From Anaerolineae bacterium (GTDB lineage: Bacteria > Chloroflexota > Anaerolineae > S140-20), in NCBI GenBank assembly GCA_027021705.1, contig JALUTT010000152.1:22109-86108 (forward strand): a DNA stretch of 64,000 bases. The letters run 5' to 3'. A program made the position numbers and the translations under genes. The notes beneath the pieces were generated by a model. That model saw only the letters and a list, made by a program, of their open reading frames with translations. It was not told the origin of the DNA and made no database searches. Below are positions 9,754 through 19,385 of this stretch, in pieces; position 1 is the stretch's first letter, and every line of letters begins with the position of its first letter.

Positions 9754-11190
9754 CTACTGTCCCAGGCTCTGGATGTAAGCGATCAGGGCATCAATCTCTT
9801 CGGCAGAGAGCCGGTCCCCGTAGTCGGCAGGCATCACGTTGGCGGGGAAGCCTTGGACCAGGCGGGCGTTGGGGTCCACGATGGCTTCGCGGAGGTAAGC
9901 TTCGTCGGCCACCACCGTCGTCCCGTCGGCCAGGGTGCGTTCAGAGCCGTAGAGTCCCTGCCAAGTGGGGCCCACCAGGGTGGTGCCATCGGTGGAGTGG
10001 CATCCCAGACAGCCCTGGGTCGTGGCAATCTGAGCGCCCTGCTCGACCGGGGAGAGTTCGCCGGCGGGGGCGGTCTGGCCAGCGACCCAGGCCTCGAAGT
10101 CTGTCGGTTCCATCACGTTCACCTGACCCAGCATGTAAGCGTGTCCTGTACCGCACAGTTCTGCACAGCGCAGGACGTACTCGCCATCTTTCGTTGGCTT
10201 GATCCGCAGGGTCTTGACCTGTCCGGGCAGCGTGTCCTGCTTGATCCGAAACTCCGGCACCCAGAAGGAGTGGATGACATCCTGCGAGGTCAGTTTGAAA
10301 AGCACCTGGCGATCTCGGGGGAGGTTGAGTTCGTTAGAAGTGATGCCGTACTCTGGGTAGTCGAAGCGCCACCCGAACTGGAAGGCGGTGACTTCGACGA
10401 CCAGTTCCTGGGACTCCGGAGCGCCCATCTTGTTCAGGTCCTGGGCGGCCCAGGTGGCGAAGAAGAGGACGGTGCCCAGGGGCAGGAGGGTCCAGATCAC
10501 CTCCAGCGTGGTGTTGCCCCGGATGTACGTTCCTTCTCCTTCCTCCCCCGGTCGGCGACGGAAGACCACGATGCTGTAGAGGATGAAGACGACGATGAGG
10601 GAGAAGAGAAAGGCGATGACCAGGATTTGCCAGCGGAACATCCGGTCCACCAGCATCCCTTCTTCGCTGGCCAGAGGCGGCAGGAGAGGCATCTGGCTCA
10701 ACCCTGTGGCCACAATGGCCGTGACCGCTGCGACCAGCACTGCGACCGTGACAAGGTGTTTCATGTTGGCTCTCCTCCATTGACTGTGAGGGCTTGGCTC
10801 CTCCTTGGGCAAAGCCGGCGGTTCCTTCGCAAGTTCACCCTGCACCAAGGCTTCGCTGGCGACTCGAATGGCGTTCATCAAGTCTTCCAGCGTGGCCCGG
10901 TCCACCTGCCGTCGTTCGTAGACCTGCATTGAGCCGTCGGTGGGGCTGATCCGAATGAGGCAGGGTGCGACGTCCTCCAGCAGGCGGAAGGCGCTTTCCC
11001 GCATCTCCCCGGCTTCGGCGATGACCACCACCACGTCGGGAGAGAGGGTCCGCGCCGGCTCAAGGGCGGTTGTCGGATCGGGATACTTCCCCACGACCTC
11101 CACCCCGGGTTGTTGATCCAGTGCTGTTCGGATCCCCTGGTCGAAGAGGGGGTATTGGGAGATGATGAGAATGCGAGAGCGCATCGTCAA
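9754..11190 (-). CDS. ctaC: Cytochrome c oxidase subunit II with C-terminal cytochrome c (caa3 type), preceded in frame by a receiver-like domain; internal start at 10764
   Basis: LEVIWT, DVIHSFW, CuA motif CAELCGTGHAYM and heme motif CLGCH. ATG 10764 has RBS GGAGGAG. The first 142 codons are REC-like. Confidence 0.9.
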   Translation of the reverse strand: MTMRSRILIISQYPLFDQGIRTALDQQPGVEVVGKYPDPTTALEPARTLSPDVVVVIAEAGEMRESAFRLLEDVAPCLIRISPTDGSMQVYERRQVDRATLEDLMNAIRVASEALVQGELAKEPPALPKEEPSPHSQWRRANMKHLVTVAVLVAAVTAIVATGLSQMPLLPPLASEEGMLVDRMFRWQILVIAFLFSLIVVFILYSIVVFRRRPGEEGEGTYIRGNTTLEVIWTLLPLGTVLFFATWAAQDLNKMGAPESQELVVEVTAFQFGWRFDYPEYGITSNELNLPRDRQVLFKLTSQDVIHSFWVPEFRIKQDTLPGQVKTLRIKPTKDGEYVLRCAELCGTGHAYMLGQVNVMEPTDFEAWVAGQTAPAGELSPVEQGAQIATTQGCLGCHSTDGTTLVGPTWQGLYGSERTLADGTTVVADEAYLREAIVDPNARLVQGFPANVMPADYGDRLSAEEIDALIAYIQSLGQ

Positions 11191-11565
11191 AGCCTGGGAA
11201 GGCTGAGGAACACAGCGTATGCCGGATGTGAGAATCAGCCCTCTCGCAGGTCACGCGGTGGCCGGCGATAGCAACGGTCTATCAGAGGTTACCTATGACG
11301 CGCTTGAGGCCGTGGGGAGGACCTGCGGGAGGGTCCAGGTGGTCCCATTATGCATGGAGAGGAGCGGATTGTCCATCCTCCCTCAGAGGGGTTGGGGGGA
11401 TGATTCCGACCGGGGGAAGGGTGAGGAAGGGGTGAGGCCGGCTCATCCGAAAGGGTGAGGGGGATGGATGCCTAGGGCCGGCTTCCCAGGAGCGGGACCT
11501 TTTGGCGCAGGGATGTGGTATACTTCTTTCCCTCTACCCTCTCACTATGTACCCGGAGTACACTG

Positions 11566-12861
11566 ATGCACCAAGAACGGACACCGCCTTCGCGTCTGGC
11601 GTCATTGCAATACCGGGACTTTCGACTGCTCTGGTTGGGGCAGTTGGTCTCCACCACCGGCTCGCAGATGCAGCTCATCGCGGTCAACTGGCACATCTAC
11701 GAATTGCTCCGAGGGCAGACCTACATCCTCACGATCCTGGGGCGGGAGGTCAGGCTGGGAGCTGAGGCGCTGGGGTTGGGGACCCTGGGGCTGGTTCGCA
11801 TCCTCCCTATCATCCTCTTCGCCCTCCTGGGCGGGATGGTGGCGGACACCCGGGACCGCCGTCGGGTGCTGATGGGAACCCAGAGCACGGCTGGGCTCTT
11901 CGCCCTTCTCCTGGCTGCCGTCACGCTCTCCGGCAACGCCAGCGTCCCTGTCGTCTACCTGCTCACCGCCGCCGGCGCGGCGACGGCTGCCTTCGACGAA
12001 CCGGCCCGCCAGTCCCTGGTTCCCAACCTGGTGCCCCGCCGGCATCTGGCGAATGCGATCAGCCTCAACACGCTGCTCTGGTACGCCGCCACCATCATCG
12101 GCCCGGCGCTGGCGGGGGTGTTGGTGGGCGCTTTCCAGGTGGGCTTGGTCTACGCCCTCAGCGCTCTGGCCTTCGGGGCCGGCCTCGCGGCGCTGATGCC
12201 GATGGGCTACCGGAGTGGGGCGGCTGCCCAGGGGACCCGGCTGGGCTGGCGGGCATTGGTCGAGGGATTGCGTTTTACCTATCGCTCCCGCATCATTTGG
12301 AGCACGATGATGCTCGACTTCCTGGCGACCTTCTTCTCCTCGGCCCGCACGATGCTCCCCATTGTCGCGGGGGATGTGCTGGGGGTGGGCGCAGCGGGAT
12401 ACGGCCTGCTGGCTACGGCCCAGCCGGTGGGGGCTGTGCTCACCGGGGTGGTCCTCGCCTTGCGCCGGGAGATCCGCCGCCAGGGCCTGGTCCTACTCGT
12501 CAGCGTTGCCGTCTACGGTCTGGCCACGGCCCTCTTCGGTCTCTCTACAGTCTTTGCCCTTTCCTACCTCTTCTTCGGCATGACCGGCGCTGCCGACACC
12601 GTCTCCACCGTCATCCGGGGCACCATTCGGCAGCTGGTCACGCCGGATCACCTGCGCGGACGGATGACCAGCGTGAACATGATCTTCTTTATGGGCGGAC
12701 CCCAGTTGGGCGAGCTGGAGGCGGGCCTGGTGGCTTCCCTCTTTGGCGCTCCCCTCGCCATCGTCACGGGTGGCCTGGCGACGGTGCTGCTGACGGGGTG
12801 GATCGCCTGGCGCTATCCCCAGTTGCGGCGCTACGCGGGTGGCCTTGCCGAGCAACCTTGA
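11566..12861 (+). CDS. MFS transporter (DHA3/EntS-like)
   Basis: About 12 TM segments; RDFRLLWLGQLVS, GGMVADTRDRRR, PARQSLVP and PDHLRGR motifs. Confidence 0.88.
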   Translation: MHQERTPPSRLASLQYRDFRLLWLGQLVSTTGSQMQLIAVNWHIYELLRGQTYILTILGREVRLGAEALGLGTLGLVRILPIILFALLGGMVADTRDRRRVLMGTQSTAGLFALLLAAVTLSGNASVPVVYLLTAAGAATAAFDEPARQSLVPNLVPRRHLANAISLNTLLWYAATIIGPALAGVLVGAFQVGLVYALSALAFGAGLAALMPMGYRSGAAAQGTRLGWRALVEGLRFTYRSRIIWSTMMLDFLATFFSSARTMLPIVAGDVLGVGAAGYGLLATAQPVGAVLTGVVLALRREIRRQGLVLLVSVAVYGLATALFGLSTVFALSYLFFGMTGAADTVSTVIRGTIRQLVTPDHLRGRMTSVNMIFFMGGPQLGELEAGLVASLFGAPLAIVTGGLATVLLTGWIAWRYPQLRRYAGGLAEQP

Positions 12862-12885
12862 CTTTTTCCCGTTTTTCGCTAAGCT

Positions 12886-13224
12886 ATGGAGGCAAGAGGT
12901 CCAACCCCTTGGGAGGACAAGGAGATGACCCGGCTCTTCCCCGACACCAGTCCAGAGGCGGAGGCGGTGCTGCTCGAGGGGCTGCGCCGGCTTCCCCCGT
13001 GGCGCAAGCTGGAGATGGTCGGTCAACTGAACCAGGCGATGCGCCAACTGCTGCTCATCGGACTGCGCCAGCGCTACCCTGAAGCCTCTCCCCAGGAGCT
13101 GCGCCGTCGTCTGGCCGACCTGCTGCTGGGTCCTGAGCTGGCCGCCCGCGTCTACGGCCCCTTGGAGGCCGCCGATGCCGACCGAACCCATCACCATCAC
13201 GCTCAAAGTGATCGAGGCGCTTGA
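12886..13224 (+). CDS. Small helical protein, probable partner/antitoxin of the downstream nucleotidyltransferase
   Basis: DTSPEAE...RRLPPWRKL...RYPEASPQELRRRL pattern; overlaps the next ORF. Start may be 12925. Confidence 0.6.
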   Translation: MEARGPTPWEDKEMTRLFPDTSPEAEAVLLEGLRRLPPWRKLEMVGQLNQAMRQLLLIGLRQRYPEASPQELRRRLADLLLGPELAARVYGPLEAADADRTHHHHAQSDRGA

Positions 13225-13753
13225 TCGGCTGGGCATTCCCTACCTGATCGGCGGTTCCTTGGCCAGCGCCATTTACGGTGTGGCTCGAACCACGTTGGAT
13301 GCCGATCTGGTGGCCGATCTGCGCCCGGAGCATGCCGCTCCTCTGGCCCAGGCCCTGGGGGAGGAGTTCTACGTAGATGGGGAAGCGATCCTCGACGCGG
13401 TCCGTCGCCGGGGCAGTTTCAACGTCATCCACCTGGAGACGATGTTCAAAGTGGACATCTTCGTGCGCAAGGATCGCCCTTTCGACCGGTCTCAATTTCG
13501 CCGGCGTGTCCTTCAGCCGATCTCGACCGATCCCGAACGGATGGCTTACGTTGCGTCCCCCGAAGACACCGTTCTGGCGAAACTGGAGTGGTATCGGATG
13601 GGGCGGGAGGTCTCCCAACGACAGTGGCAGGACGTGCTGGGCATCCTGAAGGCGCAAGGGAAGCGTTTGGACTTGGCCTACCTACGGGATTGGGCGGAGA
13701 CTCTGGGCGTAGCCGATCTTTTAGAAGCCGCTTTGTCCGAAAGGGAGAGGTGA
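13175..13753 (+). CDS. Nucleotidyltransferase-fold protein (DUF6036/AbiEii-like)
   Basis: YLIGGSLAS..YG..RTTLDADLV, KVDIF, SPEDTVLAKL and QWQDV motifs. Confidence 0.7.
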   Translation: MPTEPITITLKVIEALDRLGIPYLIGGSLASAIYGVARTTLDADLVADLRPEHAAPLAQALGEEFYVDGEAILDAVRRRGSFNVIHLETMFKVDIFVRKDRPFDRSQFRRRVLQPISTDPERMAYVASPEDTVLAKLEWYRMGREVSQRQWQDVLGILKAQGKRLDLAYLRDWAETLGVADLLEAALSERER

Positions 13754-13800
13754 ACTTGGCAACGGGCGTCGCCAACCGGGGGAGGGTGACCGACAAGGAG

Positions 13801-14763
13801 ATGGGCCGCCGGCTGCTGTTGGGGCTCTTCTTCGGCTTTGTCGTCGTCCTCGGCCTCCTGTTCTACGCCGACCTGAGCGCCGTCCGTCACGCGCTGGGCC
13901 GATTCACCTGGGCCTATCTCCCGCTCATCCTGGGGCTGACGGCGATGAACTACCTGCTCCGTTTCGTCAAGTGGCATTACTACCTGCGGTTGGTGGGAGT
14001 GCGGGCTCTCTCCTGGCGGGAGAGCCTGGCTATCTTCCTGGCCGGCTTCTCGATGACACCCACGCCGGCCAAGGCGGGGGAGGCGGTGAAGGCCTATTGG
14101 CTCAAACAGATGGCCGGCACGCCTGTGGCCCGTACTCTACCGGTGGTGATGGCCGAACGGCTCAGCGATGGGCTGGCGATGTTGCTGTTGGCCTCCGCCG
14201 GCATCCTTGCCTATCCGGCCTATCGTCCCCTCTTCGCCGTCGTCCTGGGGGTGTTGGGGGCGGGCATCCTGCTCGTTCAGGCCCGGCCTCTGGCCCTGCG
14301 CCTGCTGATGCTGTTGGAGCGGCTGCCCCTGGTCGCCCGCTTCGGCCATAGCCTGCGGGCCTTCTACGAGAGCTGCTTCCGCCTGCTCCGCCTGCGGCCC
14401 CTCCTGCTGGCCGTGGGGCTGGGGACGATCTCCTGGGCCGGCGAGGGGGTTGCCTTCTACCTGGTGCTGGTCGGGTTGGGGCTATCGGCCTCTCCAACGT
14501 TGCTCTTTCAGGCCATCTTCATCCTGGCCTTCTCGACCATTATTGGTGCGGTCTCAACGCTGCCCGGTGGGCTGGGAGCGGCCGAGGTGAGCTTGGGCGC
14601 GATGTTGCAGCTTCTGGTTGGGCTGGAGCGAGGGCTGGCTGGCACGGCTACCCTGATGATCCGCCTGGGCACCCTCTGGTTCGGTGTCCTGTTAGGATTG
14701 CTGGTGCTGGCCCGGTACCACCGTCAGCTCTTCGGCGCGAGGGGAGTCCGTGGAGGCCGATGA
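13801..14763 (+). CDS. Lysylphosphatidylglycerol synthase TM / flippase-like protein (UPF0104)
   Basis: RFVKWHYYL, TPAKAGEAVK, ERLSDG, LPGGLGAAE and IRLGTLW motifs. Start may be 13750. Confidence 0.82.
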   Translation: MGRRLLLGLFFGFVVVLGLLFYADLSAVRHALGRFTWAYLPLILGLTAMNYLLRFVKWHYYLRLVGVRALSWRESLAIFLAGFSMTPTPAKAGEAVKAYWLKQMAGTPVARTLPVVMAERLSDGLAMLLLASAGILAYPAYRPLFAVVLGVLGAGILLVQARPLALRLLMLLERLPLVARFGHSLRAFYESCFRLLRLRPLLLAVGLGTISWAGEGVAFYLVLVGLGLSASPTLLFQAIFILAFSTIIGAVSTLPGGLGAAEVSLGAMLQLLVGLERGLAGTATLMIRLGTLWFGVLLGLLVLARYHRQLFGARGVRGGR

Positions 14764-14827
14764 GGCTTCTGCGTCTCACCCTCTTTGGGTTGAGTGGCTT
14801 TGCTATCTGCTGAACGGGAGGTGACTT

Positions 14828-15994
14828 ATGACGACAACGGAACAACCCCAGCATTTCCCCTGTCCCCAATGTGGAGCCGAACTGAACTGGGACCCATCTA
14901 GCCGAACCCTCTCTTGTGACTTCTGCGGCTACCAGCAGGCGGTCGGAGCCGATGAGCGCCCTGAGGATTTCGCCCGGCCCGCCATCAAGGAGCGCGACCT
15001 CTTTGCCTTCTTGCAGGAGAGCCAGGCGCAAAAGGCCCATGGTTATGGGGTGGAGACGAAGTCGGTCAAGTGCGAGAAGTGCGGGGCGACGGTGAGTGTG
15101 GATCCCAAGGTCACTTCGACGGAGTGCCCTTTCTGCGGTTCCAATCTGGTGCTGGAGCAGGCCCCCGACGAGGCCCTCATCCGGCCGGAATCCCTCATCC
15201 CCTTCCAGGTGGACCGGGAGACGGCGGTGCGCCGCTATCGGGAGTGGCTGGGCAAGGGGTGGTTCCATCCGGGTGACCTGAAGAAGCGGGCCGGCCAGTC
15301 CCGCATCTACGGCGTTTACCTGCCTTTCTGGACCTTCGATGCCCACGCTTCTTCGGATTGGCGGGCGGAGGCGGGCTATTACTACTACGAGACGGAGACC
15401 TACTGGACGACGGAGGATGGCAAGCAGGTGCAGAAGACGCGCCAGGTGCGCCGGACGCGCTGGGAGCCGGCCTGGGGACGTCATGAGCAGTTTTACGACG
15501 ATGTGCTCATCTATGCCACCCAGAGCGTCGAGCCCAAGCTGCTGGAGCGTATCTACCCCTTCGACACCAGCAAGCTGGTCCCCTACGATCCCCGCTACCT
15601 CTCCGGCTGGCAGGCGGAGCAGTACCAGATTGGACTGGAGGAGGGCTGGAAGCTGGCCGAGAAGCGGATCAAGGACAAGGAACGGGATGCTTGTGCCAAG
15701 CAAGTGCCGGGGGATACCTACCGCAACCTGCAGGTCAGCACCCGCCTTTCCAAGGTGACCTTCAAGCACGTGCTGCTGCCGGTTTGGATCGCGTCTTATC
15801 CCTATAAGGGCAAGGTCTACCGCTACTTGGTCAACGGCCAGACGGGGAAGATCTACGGCGAGAAGCCCATCAGTTGGATCCGGGTGGCCATCGCCGTCGT
15901 GGTGGTGCTGATCATCCTGGCCATTGTGGTCTACTTCCTCACACGCGGCGGCGGAGGCGGCAGCATGGGCTGGTTGCTGCTGGGGGCTGTCTGA
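14828..15994 (+). CDS. Double zinc-ribbon membrane-anchored protein
   Basis: CPQCG/CDFCG and CEKCG/CPFCG pairs; YLPFWTFD, LLPVW and VNGQTGK motifs; C-terminal TM. Confidence 0.75.
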   Translation: MTTTEQPQHFPCPQCGAELNWDPSSRTLSCDFCGYQQAVGADERPEDFARPAIKERDLFAFLQESQAQKAHGYGVETKSVKCEKCGATVSVDPKVTSTECPFCGSNLVLEQAPDEALIRPESLIPFQVDRETAVRRYREWLGKGWFHPGDLKKRAGQSRIYGVYLPFWTFDAHASSDWRAEAGYYYYETETYWTTEDGKQVQKTRQVRRTRWEPAWGRHEQFYDDVLIYATQSVEPKLLERIYPFDTSKLVPYDPRYLSGWQAEQYQIGLEEGWKLAEKRIKDKERDACAKQVPGDTYRNLQVSTRLSKVTFKHVLLPVWIASYPYKGKVYRYLVNGQTGKIYGEKPISWIRVAIAVVVVLIILAIVVYFLTRGGGGGSMGWLLLGAV

Positions 15995-16036
15995 GGACGT
16001 GATGAGGTGTAGGCTGTCCCGACGGTAACAGCAGCT

Positions 16037-16708
16037 ATGGAGACCTGGCGAGTAGAGCTTCACGCCCACACGATCTACTCCCGGGACTGCCTGGTGACCC
16101 CGGAGCAGATTGTCGCGGCCTGCCGGCGGAAGGGGATCCACCGGATTGTCGTTACCGATCACAACACCATCGCCGGCGCTGTGCGAGCCAGAGAGCTGGC
16201 GCCGGCGATGGTGATCGTGGGCGAGGAGATCATGACGACGCAGGGGGAGTTGCTGGCCTTCTTCGTCGAAGAAGAGGTGCCACCGGGTCTCTCCCCCCAG
16301 GAGACCATCGCCCGGCTTCGGGCCCAGGGGGCGGTCATCAGCGTCTCCCACCCCTACGACCGGCTGCGCAAGGGGGCCTGGCGGGAGGAGGACCTGCTGA
16401 CCATCATCGAGCAGGTGGATGCGCTGGAGGTCTTCAACGCCCGCTGCATCTTCCCCTCAGACAACGCGCGGGCGCTGGCCATAGCCCAGCGCTATGACCG
16501 GCTCCAGACCGTCGGCTCCGATGCCCACACGACGCGGGAGCTGGGCCAGGCGCTGGTGGAGATACCCCCCTTCAACGGGCCGGAGTCCTTCAAGGCGGCC
16601 TTGGCTCAGGCCCGCTTCCATACCCGCCTTAGCTCTCCGTTCATCCACTTCGCCTCTACATACGCCAAGTGGGTCAAGCGGCTTGGAATCGGGTATGGAA
16701 TCCGGTAA
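16037..16708 (+). CDS. PHP-domain phosphoesterase
   Basis: ELHAHTIYSRD, VTDHNT, GEEI, SHPY and GSDAH motifs. Confidence 0.88.
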   Translation: METWRVELHAHTIYSRDCLVTPEQIVAACRRKGIHRIVVTDHNTIAGAVRARELAPAMVIVGEEIMTTQGELLAFFVEEEVPPGLSPQETIARLRAQGAVISVSHPYDRLRKGAWREEDLLTIIEQVDALEVFNARCIFPSDNARALAIAQRYDRLQTVGSDAHTTRELGQALVEIPPFNGPESFKAALAQARFHTRLSSPFIHFASTYAKWVKRLGIGYGIR

Positions 16709-16726
16709 TTCCTCCCTCTGGCGATC

Positions 16727-19333
16727 TCATCCGTGTTGATTGCGCACCCACGCCTCTTCCGGCTGTAGGGCCTCGTGGCCGGCCGGTCGGATCTTGCGGT
16801 AGACCTGCTCTGGCGCGGCGACCTCCCCCTCCACCGTCAGCAGGCGTTGCAGCGGAATCCCGAAGAGCCGCTCGTTTTCCTCCAGGTAGGGCCGGATGAG
16901 GGCCCAGTCCTCGGCCTCCAGCGGGGCGAAGGCCCCCCCGTTAAGTTGGTCGTCGGTGATCCGGCGGTAGGGGTCCCGGATGTAGATGGCCCCTCCCGAG
17001 GCCAGCGAGAAGAGGTTCCCCCCGGGATAGGGGGTCTCCAGGTCCAGGAGGCGGCCATCCTCGTCGAAGGTGATGCCGTTCAGGATGACGAAGCCGCCCC
17101 CGTGGAGCGGGTCGCCGGCCATAAAGGACTCAGCCAGGTAGTCTAGGCAGGTGCCGTTGATGACGACGCGGGGCCGGCCCACAGCGTTGATCAGCGGCCG
17201 GCCGGCGGCGTTCCCCAGCACGTAGACCTCTCCGCCCTTGGCCGCATACATAAAGGTCTGTCCCACGTCCCCGTGCACAACCAGCTTTCCCCGCTTCATA
17301 ATCTGGGCCAACTGGTCCTGAGCCGTCCCGTGCACGATGACCTCGGCCCCGTCAATGCCCGAGGCCAGGTAGTCGCCGGAGAAGCCGTAGACGTCCACCC
17401 GCACGTCATCGGAGTTGGGCCCCAGCCCGTTGGCGATGAAGCGGTGGCCCCGCGTGTGGACGACGAGGAAGCGGCGGAACCCTCGCCGGTGCATCGCCAC
17501 GATCGTCCGGGCCAGGGACCCCTCCCCCTCCGGTGGGTAGCCCCGGGCATCTATCACCAGCACCTGATCGGGATGGAGGGGTTCCGGCTGGGGGCCGTCG
17601 CAGCCCATCCAGACGTAGCCCTCTGAAGGGGCGCGACGGATCGCCTCCACCACGCTGGCGAAGCTCTCATCCAGCAGCGAGAGCAGGCCGCTCCGCTTCA
17701 TCGAGCCCGTCGGGTAGTGGCGGTCCATCAGCAGCGAGAGCAGGCGGATGGTCCAGGCCCGCCCCTCGTCGTCGGTGGCCCGGTGCTCCAACGCCTCCAG
17801 GAAGCGGAGCAGGTCGGGGTAGTCCCAGGTGGGGATCCGCCGGCAGAGCCGGGTGAAGGCGTCCTCTGGGGAACCATCGAGGTCTGAGAGAGCTGAGGGG
17901 GCCACCGGAGCGCCGGCGATGGCCCCACCGCCGATGGGCCAGGGCGTGGGCGGACGCTTGGCGGGGTCCGGCGCGATGGCCCGTCCGAACTTGTCGGTGC
18001 AGCGGAGCGAGGCTGAAGCGCCGTTGGGCTGCACCGTGAAGATGAAGGCCCCGCCATCGGTGTGGCTGCCCCCCCGCGCGTTCCAGTAGAGGTCGGCCCG
18101 GGACCAGAAGCGGGGGTCCTCGGCCGACAGGCTCTCCAACGCCGCGTCAATGGCCTGCTTCTCCGAGGCGGCGAAACCGATGGCCTCGTGCCCCTGCTGG
18201 AGGGCGAAGACCTGGGGCCGGAGCATCGAGGTGTCGGTGATGCCGATGAGCCGGTAGGCTCGCTCGTTGGGGTCCGACTGCGCAATGAGGAAGAACCAGG
18301 GGCCGTCGGGGGAGCCGTGCATGTGGACGGTCTGGAGCATCCGGTAGACCCGCTGTTTCTCCGGCGGCAGCAGCGTGAAGTCCCGTTCCGTTGTGGGGGC
18401 CATCGCCTCGATGACGTACTCCAGCGGGTAGCCGTAGAGGCGGTGGTGGACGTCGAAGACGAGGACGGCGACCTCCGTGTCGGTCAGGAAGAGGGGGTAG
18501 ACCCCACGCTGGGCCAGGTAGGCGGTGATGGAGGCGTAATTGGCGAAGTCCCCGTTGTGGACCAGCGCCTCGTGCATCCCGATGAAGGGGTGAGCGCCGC
18601 CGGGATGCCAGACCCGCCCCTTGGTGGGATAGCGGTGGTGGCCGATCCAGACGTGGGCCCGCAGGTCCTCCAGGCGGTAGTAGCGGATCACGTCGTCGCC
18701 GTAGCCGACCATCTTGAGCACCAGCAGGTTCTTGCCGTGGGAGAGGACGAAGGCCCGCTTCTCACCGGTGGAGGAGTAGAAGGTCCGGTTGAGCCGGTAG
18801 CTATTCTGGTAGACGATCTCGTCCTCGACGGTGGTCCGCTCCCGCTCGCTCAGCCCCTGCTGCTGGAGGAAGCGCTCCCGCACCTGGGGCCGCACCCGCC
18901 CGAAGTAGCAGACGACCTCCGGCGGCGGGACCTCCAGGCCGGGGATGGCTCGGAAGTCGGGCAGGGTAGGGATGGGGAAGATGTGGTCCACGGCGAAGAC
19001 GGGCTCCACAAAGGACGATTCCACCTGACCGCGCACCGCAGGGTCCAGGTAGGCGATGGTCAGCAGGTAGTCCTGCTCCAGCACCTCCGGGGAGATGTCG
19101 AAGAAGCGGGGGTCCAGCCCCACGGCGGCGATGCCGCCCCCCTTGCCGTTGCCCCGGTTGCGCATCTGCCGGAGGGATTGCAGCAGGTGCCGGCCGGGGA
19201 TGGGGACGCTGGCGGCGATGCCGATCACGCCACACCCGCCCTCGGCGTCCTCTTTGCGCAGTGGGGGAATCTCCGGCCCTGCCAGCGTCCGTCGTGACCT
19301 GATCAACGCCTCAACGATGCTTTGCCTGCTCAC
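16727..19333 (-). CDS. Glutamate synthase-like subunit: class II glutamine amidotransferase plus C-terminal GXGXG domain
   Basis: EGGCGVIG (Ntn Cys after propeptide), HHRYPT, AHPF and HNGD motifs; C-terminal beta-helix repeats (GDYLASG, GDVGQTFMY, GNAAGRP). Confidence 0.85.
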   Translation of the reverse strand: MSRQSIVEALIRSRRTLAGPEIPPLRKEDAEGGCGVIGIAASVPIPGRHLLQSLRQMRNRGNGKGGGIAAVGLDPRFFDISPEVLEQDYLLTIAYLDPAVRGQVESSFVEPVFAVDHIFPIPTLPDFRAIPGLEVPPPEVVCYFGRVRPQVRERFLQQQGLSERERTTVEDEIVYQNSYRLNRTFYSSTGEKRAFVLSHGKNLLVLKMVGYGDDVIRYYRLEDLRAHVWIGHHRYPTKGRVWHPGGAHPFIGMHEALVHNGDFANYASITAYLAQRGVYPLFLTDTEVAVLVFDVHHRLYGYPLEYVIEAMAPTTERDFTLLPPEKQRVYRMLQTVHMHGSPDGPWFFLIAQSDPNERAYRLIGITDTSMLRPQVFALQQGHEAIGFAASEKQAIDAALESLSAEDPRFWSRADLYWNARGGSHTDGGAFIFTVQPNGASASLRCTDKFGRAIAPDPAKRPPTPWPIGGGAIAGAPVAPSALSDLDGSPEDAFTRLCRRIPTWDYPDLLRFLEALEHRATDDEGRAWTIRLLSLLMDRHYPTGSMKRSGLLSLLDESFASVVEAIRRAPSEGYVWMGCDGPQPEPLHPDQVLVIDARGYPPEGEGSLARTIVAMHRRGFRRFLVVHTRGHRFIANGLGPNSDDVRVDVYGFSGDYLASGIDGAEVIVHGTAQDQLAQIMKRGKLVVHGDVGQTFMYAAKGGEVYVLGNAAGRPLINAVGRPRVVINGTCLDYLAESFMAGDPLHGGGFVILNGITFDEDGRLLDLETPYPGGNLFSLASGGAIYIRDPYRRITDDQLNGGAFAPLEAEDWALIRPYLEENERLFGIPLQRLLTVEGEVAAPEQVYRKIRPAGHEALQPEEAWVRNQHG

Positions 19334-19385
19334 TGCCTCGCTCCTGTTCCGCTTGCATCACGCGACACGCAACGCGCGACACGCT

